A DNA stretch of 64,000 nt, taken from the human T2T-CHM13v2.0 reference genome, Homo sapiens. Position numbers and translations under genes: made by a program. The number at the start of each line of letters is the position of its first letter. Within the stretch, counting starts at the first letter, position 1. Below, one piece after another: positions 54,283 through 64,000 of this stretch. The DNA is taken from NCBI RefSeq assembly GCF_009914755.1, contig NC_060934.1. One strand, written 5' to 3'. The notes beneath the pieces are model-generated. The model saw nothing but the letters and a program-made list of their open reading frames with translations. It was not told the DNA's origin and did not search any database.

Positions 54283-57200
54283 GGCAAATCCATATCTGGA
54301 GTAAGAGCATCATGAAAAGGGCAGAGAATAGGCAAACTCATATCTATAGTAAGTGTCTATTTCTCACTGTTTTGTCAGAAACTAGGATTGCAACCCCTGC
54401 TTTTTTCTGTTTTCCATTTGCTTGGTAATTTTTCCTCCATCCCTTTATTTTGAGCTTATGTGTGTCTTTGCACATGAGATGGGTCTCTTGAAGACAGCAT
54501 ACCAATGGGGCTTGAATCTTTATCCAGCTTGTCATTCTGTGTCTTTTAATTGGGGCATTTAGCCTATTTACATTTAAGATTAATATTGTTATGTGTGAAT
54601 TTGATCCTATCATCATGATGATAATTGGTTATTTTGCATACTTGTTTATGTGGTTGCTTCTTTGTGTCACTGGTCTGTGTACTTCAGCATGCTTTTGTAG
54701 TGGCTGGTAACAGTTTTTCTCTTTCATGTTTAGTGCTTCCTTCAGCAACTCTTGCAAAGCACAGCCTGATGGTGACTTATTTCATCAGCATTTGCTTGTC
54801 TGAAAAGGATCTTATTTCTCTTTCCCTTATGAAGCTTAGTTTGGCCATATATGAAATTCTGAGTTGGAAATTCTTTTCTTTAAGAATGTTGAATATTGTC
54901 CCCCAAAATCTTCTGGCTTATAAGGTTTCCACTTTCCTTTCTCTCTGGCTGCCCTTAACATTTTTTCTTTCATTGCCATCTTCAAGAACCTGACGATTAT
55001 GTGTCTTGGGGTTGATCTTCTCATGGAGTATCTTATTGGGGTTCTCTGAATTTCCTGAATTTGAATGTTGGCCTGTCTTGCTAGGTTGGGGAAATTCTCC
55101 TGGACAATATCCTGCAGAGTGTTTTGCAACTTGGTTCCATTCTCCCTGTCTCTTTCAGGTACCCCAATCAGTCACAGGGTCAGTCATTTTACATAATCAC
55201 ATATTTCTCAGAGGTTTTGTTTATTCCTTTTCATTCCTTTTTCTGTTTTCTTTTCTGCCTGCCTTATTTCAGAATGATATTGTTCAAGCTCTGAGATTCT
55301 TTTCTTGGCTTGGTCTATTCGGCTATTCATACTTGGGATTGCAATGTGAAGTTCACATGTTGTGTTTTTCAATTCCATCAGGTCATTTATGTTCCTCTCT
55401 CAACTGGCTATTCTGGTTATCAGCTTCTGTAATGTTTTATCATGATTCTTAGCATCTTGGCATTTGATTAGAACATGCTCCCTTCGCTGAGTGAAATTCG
55501 TTATTACACACCTTCTGAAACCAATTTCTGTCAGTTCAGCCATCCCAGACTCAGCCCAGTTCTGTGCCCTTGCTGGGGAGGTGTTGTGGTCACTCGGAGG
55601 AAAAGAGGCACTCTGGCTTTTTTAGTTTTCAACATTTTTGCATTGATTCTTTTTCATTTTGTGGGCTTATCTACCTTCAGTCTTTGAGGTTGCTGACTTT
55701 TGAATGGGATTTTTGAGGGGTCTTTTCTATTGATGTTGTTGTTGCTTTCTGGTTTGTGTGTGTGTGTGTGTGTGTGTATTTATTTATTTATTAATTATTA
55801 TTATTATACTTTAAGTTCTAGGGTACATGTGCACAATGTGCAGGTTTGTTACATGTGTATACATGTGCCATGTTGGTGTGCTGGACCCATTAACTCATCA
55901 TTTACATCAGGTATATCTCCTAATGCTATCCTTCCCCCTCCCCCACCGCACCACAGGCCCCAGTGTGTGATGTTCCCCTTCCCTTGTTGAAGTGTTCTCA
56001 CTGTTCAATTCCCACCTATGAGTGAGAACATGTGGTGTTTAGTTTTCTTCCCTTGTGATAGTTTGCTGACAATGATGGTTTCCACCTTCATCCATGTCCC
56101 TACAAAGGACATGAACTCATCCTCTTTTATGGCTGCATAGTATTCCATGGTGTATATGTGCCACATTTTCTTAATCCAGTGGACATTTGGGTTGGTTCCA
56201 AGTCTTTGCTATTGTGAATAGTGCCACAATAAACATATGTGTGCATGTGTCTTTATAGCAGCATGATTTATAATCCTTTGGGTATATACCCAGTAATGAG
56301 ATGGCTGGGTCAAATGGTATTTCTAGTTCTAGATCCTTGAGGAATCACCACACTGTCTTCCACAATGGTTGAACTAGGTTGCCTGTTCACTCTGATGGTA
56401 GTTTCTTCTGCTGTGTGGAAGCTCTTTAGTTTAGTTAGATCCCATTTGTCAATTTTGGCTTTTGTTGCCATTGCTTTTGGTGTTTTAGACATGAAGTCGT
56501 TGCCCATGCCTATGTCCTGAATGGTATTGCCTAGGTTTTCTTCTAGGGTTTTTATGGTTTTATGTCTAACATTTAAGTCTTTAATCCATCTTGAATTAAT
56601 TTTTGTATAAGGTGTAAGGAAGGGATCCAGTTTCAGCTTTCTACCTATGGCTAGCCAGTTTTCCCAACACCATTTATTAAATAGGGAATCCTTTCCCCAT
56701 TTCTTATTTTTGTCAGGTTTGTCAAAGATCAGATGGTTGTAGATGTGTGGTATTATTTCTGAGGGCTCTGTTCTGTTCCATTGGTCTATATCTCTGTTTT
56801 GGTACCAGTACCACGCTGTTTTGGTTACTGTAGCCTTGTAGTATAGTTTGAAGTCAGGTAGCATGATACCTCCAGCTTTGTTCTTTTTTGTTTAGGATTG
56901 TCTTAGCAATGCAGGCTCTTTTATGGTTCCATATGAGCTTTAAAATAGTTTTTTCCAATTCTGTGAAGAAAGTCATTGGTAGCTTGATGGGGATGGTATT
57001 GAATCTATAAATTACCTTGGACAGTATGGTCATTTTCATGATATTGATTCTTCCTATCCATGAGCATGGAATATTCTTCCATTTGTTTGTGTCCTGTTTT
57101 ATTTCGTTGAGCAGTGGTTTGTAGTTCTCCTTGAAGAGGTCCTTCACATCCCTTGTAAGTTGGATTCCTAGGTATTTTATTCTCTTTGAAGCAGTTGTGA

Positions 57201-57810
57201 ATGGGAGTTCACTCATGATTTGGCTCTCTGTTTGTCTGTTATTGGTGTATAGGAATGCTTGTGATCTTTGCACATTGATTTTGTATCCTGAGACTTTGCT
57301 GAAGCTGCTCATCAGCTTAAAGAGATTTTGGGCTGAGACAATGGGGTTTTCTAAATATACAGTCATGTCATCTGCAAACAGGGACAATTTGACTTCCTCT
57401 TTTCCTAATTGAATTCCCTTTATTTCTTTCTCCTGCCTGATTGCCCTGTCCAGAACTTCCAACACTATGTTGAATAGGAGTGGTGAGAGAGGGCATCCCT
57501 GTCTTGTGCCAGTTTTCAAAGGGAATGCTTCCAGTTTGTGCCCATTCAGTATGATATTGGCTGTGGGTTTGTCATAAATAGCTCTTATTATTTTGAGATA
57601 TGCCCCATCAATACCTAATTTATTGAGAGTTTTTAGCATGAAGGGCTGCTGGATTTTGTCAAAGGACTTTTCTACATCTATTGAAATAATCATGTGGTTT
57701 TTGTCTTTGGTTCTGTTTATATGCTGGATTATGTTTATTGATTTTCCTTTGTTGAACCAGCCTTGCATCCCAGGGATGAAGCCCACTTGATCATGGTGGA
57801 TAAGCTTTTT

Positions 57811-59042
57811 TTATCCTTCTTTTTCTGTATTTTTACTTAATTATACTTTAAGTTCTAGGGTATATGTGCACAATGTGCAGGTTTGTTACATATGTATGCA
57901 TAAGCGATGTTGGTGTGCTGCACCCATTAACTCGTCATTTACATTAGGTATATCTCCTAATGCTATCCCTCCCCCCTACCCCCACCCCACAACAGGCCCT
58001 GGTTGTGTGATGTTCCCCTTCTCATGTCGAAGTGTTCTCATTGTTCAATTCCCACCTACGAGTGAGAACATGTGGTGTTTGGTTTTCTGTCCTTGCGATA
58101 GTTTGCTGAGAATGATGGCTTCCAGCTTCATCCACGTCCCTACAAAGGACATGAACTCATCCCCTTTTATGGCTGCATAGTATTCTATGGTGTATATGTG
58201 CCACATCTTCTTAATCCAGTCTATCATTGATGGACATTTGGTTTGGTTCCAAGTCTTTGCTATTGTGAATAATGCCACAATAAACATACATGTGCATGTG
58301 TCTTTATGGCAGCATGATTTATAATCCTTTGGGTATATACCCAGTAATGGGATGGCTGGGTCAAATGGTATTTCTAGTTCTAGATCCCTGAGGAATCGCC
58401 ACACAGTCTTCCACAATGGTTGAACTAGTTTACAGTCCCACCAACAGTGTAAAAGTGTTCCTATTTCTCACATTCTCTCCAGCACCTGTTGTTTCCTGAC
58501 TTTTTAATGATTGCCATTCTAACTGGTGTGAGATGATATCTCATTGCGGCTTTGAGTTGCATTTCTCTGATGGCCAGTGATGATGAGCATTTTTTCATGT
58601 GTCTGTTGGCTGTATAAATGTCTTCTTTTGAGAAGTGTCTGTTTATATCCTTCACCCACTTTTCGATGGGGTTGTTTTTTTCTTGTAAATTTGTTTGAGT
58701 TATTTGCAGATTCTGTGTATTAGCCCTGTGTCAGATGAGTAGATTGCAAAACTTTTCTCCCATTCGGTAGGTTGCCTATTCACTCTGATGGTAGTTTCTT
58801 TTGCTTTGCAGAAGCTCTTTAGTTTAATTAGATCCCATTTGTCAATTTTGGCTTTTGTTGCCATTGCTTTTGGTGTTTGAGACATGAAGTCCTTGCACTT
58901 GCCTATGTCCTGAATGGTATTGCCTAGGTTTTCTTCTAGGGTTTTTATAGTTTTAGGTCTAACATTTAAGTCTTTAATCCATCTTGAATTAATTTTTGTA
59001 TAAGGTGTAAGGAAGGGATCCAGTTTCAGCTTTCTACCAATG
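57811..59042 (-). mobile_element. 5'-truncated L1PA inserted into the RT region of the host L1PA
   Basis: Own tail and 3' UTR; 13-bp TSD ggataagcttttt at 57798-57810 and 59043-59055. Confidence 0.92.
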
Positions 59043-62000
59043 GGATAAGCTTTTTGATGTGCTGCTGGATTCGGTTTGCTGGTATCTTATTGAGGATTTT
59101 TGCATCGATGTTCATCAGGGATAATGGTCCAAAATTATCTTTTTTTGTTGTGTCTCTGCCAGGCTTTGGTATCAGGATGATGCAGGCCTCATAAAATGAG
59201 TTAGAGAGGATTCCCTCTTTTTTCTATAGATTGGAATAGTTTCAGAAGGAATGGTACCATTCCTCCTTATACCTCTGGTAGAATTTGGCTGTGAATCTTT
59301 CTGGTCCTGGACCTTTTTTCGTTGGTAAGCTATTAATTATTACCTCAATTTCAGAGCCTGTTATTCGTCTATTCAGGGATTCAACTTCTTCCCAGCTTAA
59401 TCTTGGGAGGGTGTATGTGTCCAGGAATTTATCCATTTCTTCTAGATTTTCTAGTTTATTTGCATAGGGTGTTTACAGTATTCTGTGATGGTAGTTTGTT
59501 TTTCTGTGGGATCGGTGGTGATAACCCCTTTATCATTTTTTATTGCAACTATTTGATTTGTCTCTCTTTTCCTTTTTATTAGTCTTGCTAATGGTCTATC
59601 AATTTTGTTGATCTTTTCAAAAAACCAGCTCCTGGATTCATTGATTTTTTGAAGCATTTTTTGTGTCTCTATCTCCTTCAGTTCTGCTCTGATCTGAGTT
59701 ATTTCTTGCCTTCTGCTAGCTTTTGAATGTGTTTGCTGTTGCTTCTCTAGTTCTTTTAATTGTGATGTTAGGGTGTCAATTTTAGATCTTTCCTGCTTTC
59801 TCTTGTGGGCATTTAGTGCTATAAATTTCCCTCTACACCCTGCTTTAAATGTGTCCTAGAGATTCTGGTATGTTGTGTCTTTGTTCTCATTGGTTTCAAA
59901 GAACATCTTTATTTCTGCCTTCATTTTATTATGTACCCAGTAGTCATTCAGAAGCAGGTTGTTCAGTTTCCTTGTTCTTGAGTGGTTTTGAGTGAGTTTC
60001 TTAATCCTGAGTTCTAGTTTGATTGCACTGTGGTCTGAGAGATAGTTTGTTATAATTTCTGTTCTTTTACATTTGCTGAGGAGTGCTTTACTTCCAATTA
60101 TGTGGTCAATTTTGGAATAGGTGTGGTGTGGTGCTGAGAAGAATGTATATTCTGTTGATTTGTGTTGGAGAGTTCTGTGGATGTCTATTAGGTCGGCTTG
60201 GTGCAGAGCTGCATTCAATTCCTGGATATCCTTGTTAACTTTCTGTCTTGTTGATCTATCTAATGTTGACAGTGGGGTGTTAAAGTCTCCCATTATTATT
60301 GTGTGGGAGTCTAAGTCTCTTTTTAGGTCTCTAAGGACTTGCTTTATGAATCTGGGTGCTCCTGTATTGGGTGTATATATATTTAGGATAGTTAGCTCTT
60401 CTTGTTGAATTGATTCCTTTACCATTATGTAATGGCCTTCTTTGTCTCTTTTGATCTTTGTTGGTTTAAGGTCTGTTTTATCAGAGACTAGGATTGCAAC
60501 CCCTGCTATTTTTTTGTTTTCCATTTGCTTGGTAGATCTTCCACCTTCCCTTTATTTTGAGCCTATGTGTGTCTCTGCACATGAGATGGGTCTCCTGAAT
60601 ACAGCACACTGATGGGTCTTGACCCTTTATCCAATTTGCCAGTCTGTGTCTTTTAATTGGAGCATTTAGCCCATTTACATATAAGGTTAATATTGTGTGT
60701 GAATTTGATCCTGTCATTATGATGTTAGCTGGTTATTTTGCTCATTAGTTGATGCAGTTTCTTCCTAGCATCAATGGTCTTTACAACTTAGCATGTGTTT
60801 GCAGTGGCTGGTACCAGTTTTTCCTTTCCATGTTTAGTGCTTCCTTCAGGAACTCTTGTAGGGCAGGCCTGGTGGTGACAAAATCTCTCAGCATTTGATT
60901 GTCTGTAAAGGATTTTATTTCTCCTTCACTTATGAAGCTTAGTTTGGCTGGATATGAAATTCTGGGTTGAAAATTCTTTTCTTTAAGAATGTTGAATATC
61001 GACCTCGACTCTCCTCTGGCTTGTAGAGTTTCTGCCGAGAGATCTGCTCTTAGTCTGATGGGCTTCCCTTTGTGGGTAACCCGACCTTTTCTCTGGCTGT
61101 CCTTAACATTTTTTCCTTCATTTCAACTTTGGTGAATCTGACAATTATGTGTCTTGGAGTTGCTCTTCTCGAGGAGTATCTTTGTGGCATTCTCTGTATT
61201 TCCTGAATTTGAATATTGGCCTGCCTTGCTAGGTTGGGGAAGTTCTCCTGGATAATATCCTGCAGAGTGTTTTCCAACTTGGTTCCATTCTCCCCATCAC
61301 TTTCAGGTACACCAATCAGATGTAGATTTGGTCTTTTCACATAGTCCCATATTTCTTGGAGGCTTTGTTCATTTCTTTTTACTCTTTTTTCTCTAAACTT
61401 GTCTTCTCGCTTCATTTCATTCGTTTGATCTTCAATCACTGATACCCTTTCTTCCAGTTGATTGAATTGGCTATTGAAGCTCCTACTTGTGTCACATAGT
61501 TCTTGTGCCATGGTTTTCAGATCCATCAGGTCATTTAAGAACTTCTCTCCACTGGTTATTCTAGTTAGCCATTCATCTAATCGTTTTTCAAGGTTTTTAG
61601 CTTCTTTGCAGTGGGTTCAAAGGGACATCCTCCTTTAGCTCAGAGAATTTTGATTGTCTGAAGCCTTCATCTCTCCACTTGTCAAAATCATTCTCCTTCC
61701 AGCTTTGTTCTATTGCTGGCAAGGAGCTGCATTCCTTTGGAGGAGAAGAGGTGCTCTGGTTTTTAGAATTTTTCAGCTTTTCTGCTCTGGTTTCTCCCCA
61801 TCTTTGTGGTTTTATCTACTTTTGGTCTTTGATAATGGTGACGTTCAGATGGGGTTTTAGTGTGGATGTCCTTTCTGTTTGTTAGTTTTCCTTCTAACAG
61901 TCAGGACCCTCAGCTGCAGGTCTGTTGGAGTTTGCTGGAGGTCCACTCCCGACCCTGTTTGCCTTGGTATCAGCAGTGGAGGCTGCAGAACAGCGAATAT

Positions 62001-62374
62001 TGCAGAACAGCAAATGTTGCTGCCTGATCGTTCCTCTGGAAGCTTCATCTCAGAGTGGCACCTGGTCGTGTGAGGTGTCAGTCTGCCCCTACTGGGATGT
62101 GCCTCCCAGTTAGGCTACTCGGGGGTCAGGGACCCACTTGAGGAGGCAGTCTGTCAGTTCTCAGATCTCAAATTCCGTGCTGGGAGAACCACTACTCTCT
62201 TCGAATCTGTCAGACAGGGACATTTAGGTCTGCAGAAGTTTCTGCTGCCTTTTGTTCAGCTGTCTTGCCCCCAGAGGTGTAGTCTACAGAGGCAGGCAGG
62301 CCTCCTTGAGCTGCAGTGGGCTCCACCCAGTTTGAGCTTCCTGGCCTCTTTGTTTACCTACTCAAGCCTCAGCA

Positions 62375-62638
62375 ATGGTTTGCACCCCTCCCCCAGGCTT
62401 GCTGCTGCCTTGCAGTTCAATCTCAGACTGCTGTGCTAGCAATGAGCAAGGCTCCATAAGTGTGGGACCCTCTGAGCCAGGCGCGGGATATTATCTCCTG
62501 GTGTGCTGTTTGCTAAGACCATTGGAAAAGTGCAGTATTAGGGTGGGAATGACCCAATTTTCCAGGTGCTGTCTGTCACAGCTTCCCTTGGCTAGGAAAG
62601 GGAATTCCCTGACCCGTTGTGCTTCCCAGGTGAGGTGA
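62375..62638 (+). other. Intact L1 ORF0-like antisense ORF (87 aa)
   Basis: MVCTPPPGLLLPCSSISDCCASNEQGSISVGPSEPGAGYYLLV... aligns with primate L1 ORF0 (recalled MAGAPPPASLPPCSLISDCCASN...GPSEPG); Kozak gcaATGg. Confidence 0.7.
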
Positions 62639-64000
62639 TGCCTCACCCTTGTTTGGCTCTTGCTCGGTGGGCTGCACCCACTGTCCTGCACCCACTGTCT
62701 GACAAGCCCCAGTGAGATGAACCTGGTACCTCAGTTGGAAATCCAGAAATCACCCGTCTTCCGTGTCACTCACACTGGGAGCTGTAGACTGGAGCTGTTG
62801 CTATTCAGCCATGTTGGAACCCACCTACTGTGTGTGTTTTAACTGTTAGGCCACTCTTCTGTGGGACTGCTGCAATTTCCTAGGTAGTGGTCCACTCCAG
62901 ACCCTAGTCACCTTGGACCCTCCTGCACCTGGAGGTATCACTGGTAAAGCCTGTGAAACAGCAAAGATGACAGCCTGTTCCTTCCTCTGGGAGCTCTGTC
63001 CCTGGGGCACCAACCTGTTGCTGGCCAGAATGCTCCTGTAGGAGGTTTCTGGAGATCCCTTTTGGGAGGTCTCACACAGACATGAGAAACAGACTTGGGG
63101 ATCCACTTAAAGAAACAGTCTGACTGCCCCTTGGCAGAGCAAGTGTGCTGTGCTGACCTCCAGTCTCTCCAGAGCCAGCAGTCTGGAAAGACTAAGTCTG
63201 CTGAATTGCAGAGAGAGCAGCTGCCCCTCCCCCTGGGGACTCTGTTTCAGGGAGACATCAGAGTTGTCTTTGTATAACCCTGGCTGGAGTTGCTGAAATT
63301 CCTGCAGGGAGGCCCCACCCAGTGAAGAAGGATGGATCGAGGTCCCACTTAAAGAAGCAGAGTGCCCGCTATCAGGTACAGCAGCTGTGCTGCATTGTGG
63401 GGAATTTCTCCCAGCCCCCCCATACTGGCAGGCTAGAGTGGCCAACTCCAACCACAGATATGGCAGCCACCTCTCCCCACTCCCATAAACTCAGTCCATG
63501 TCAGGCCATCTCCAGCCCGTTGCCACTGGCTGGCTGGAATTTCAAGCCAGTGGGCCTTGATTTGTGAGATGCCATGGGAGTGGGGCCCACAGAATGATGG
63601 CACTTGGCTCCCTGGATTCAGCTCCTTCCTAGGGGCATGCATGAGATCTCCTGCCTTGTCAGAATTCCTGGGGCTGGAATATGCAAAACTTCTGGGGTTC
63701 TCTGCATGCTGAATGAATGAATGGCTACTCTGCTGAGATGCCACACAGCTCTGTGCTTTGAACCCAAGGTCCTGGTGATGTGGGCTCATGAGGGGATCTC
63801 CTGCTCTGTTGGGTCTCAAAGATCCCTAGGAAAAGAATGGTTTCCTGGGCAAGGTTGCACAGTCACTCGCTGCCTCCCTTGGCTGGGAGTGGGGGTTCCC
63901 CTGGCTCCATGCCACTCCTGGGTGGGCTGTCACCCCATCCTGCTTTCCTCACTTTTCATGGGTCTAGCCATCTGCCTAGTGAGTCCTTGTGAGAAACTGG

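Larger units (their letters stand above)
50050..54365 (+). mobile_element. HERV-L internal region (gag-pro-pol), 3'-truncated in integrase; no 3' LTR
   Basis: gattttggtaccaggagtgg leader; gag fragments; protease LLDTGS; RT YAAIDLANALFS and HYIDDIML; RNase H AWFTD; integrase start; many stops. Confidence 0.92.
55778..62825 (-). mobile_element. Near full-length L1PA (PA4-PA6-like), inactive, with a nested L1 and an internal deletion
   Basis: 5' UTR 61850-62825, ORF1p 61050-61526, ORF2p fragments 60481-60717, 59856-60524, 56854-57786 (FADD), 56310-56864; flanked by tgtgtgtgt. Confidence 0.92.
54370..64000 (-). mobile_element. Older L1 5' portion (EN start, ORF1, long 5' UTR), split by a younger L1: ~54370-55777 and ~62829-64000 (runs off the window)
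   Basis: MIGSNSHITILILNVNRLNAPIKRHR (54344-54616), ORF1p fragment 54836-55129; 5' UTR resumes after the (TG)n target repeat at 62829. Confidence 0.8.

Noticed and set aside
56854-57786. 310-aa RT ORF with FADD motif as a possible active or domesticated RT
   Set aside because: An internal piece of L1 ORF2, cut by a nested L1 on one side and a frameshift on the other.

Overview
This is primate, very probably human, genomic DNA. It is not prokaryotic, and no CRISPR, rRNA or tRNA was found. The first 1.2 kb holds the last coding exon and 3' UTR of HELLS/LSH on the + strand, recognised from the C-terminal peptide [31 protein letters not shown]. From memory this places the window at 10q23.33 between HELLS and the CYP2C cluster (not verified here). 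The rest is repeat-dominated intergenic DNA: about 30 Alus, L2/MIR/hAT relics, several ERV1 solo LTRs, an MSTA-type MaLR provirus, a near full-length CTBP2 processed pseudogene (- strand, two Alus in the CDS), a 3'-truncated HERV-L with an MLT2A LTR, and a stack of nested L1s that are all on the - strand. I found no new protein-coding system. The most notable structures are: a four-deep nest of five transposons containing a twin-primed L1 inversion; matching inversion-plus-duplication scars at both ends of the HERV-L; an intact L1 ORF0 with strong Kozak context; an L1 insertion missing its TSD and the rest of its host LTR; a fold-back microsatellite; and a non-repeat island with DUX4, AP-1, D-box and CCAAT motifs. 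Repeat subfamily names come from recalled consensus sequences. Repeat boundaries are approximate unless TSD coordinates are given.
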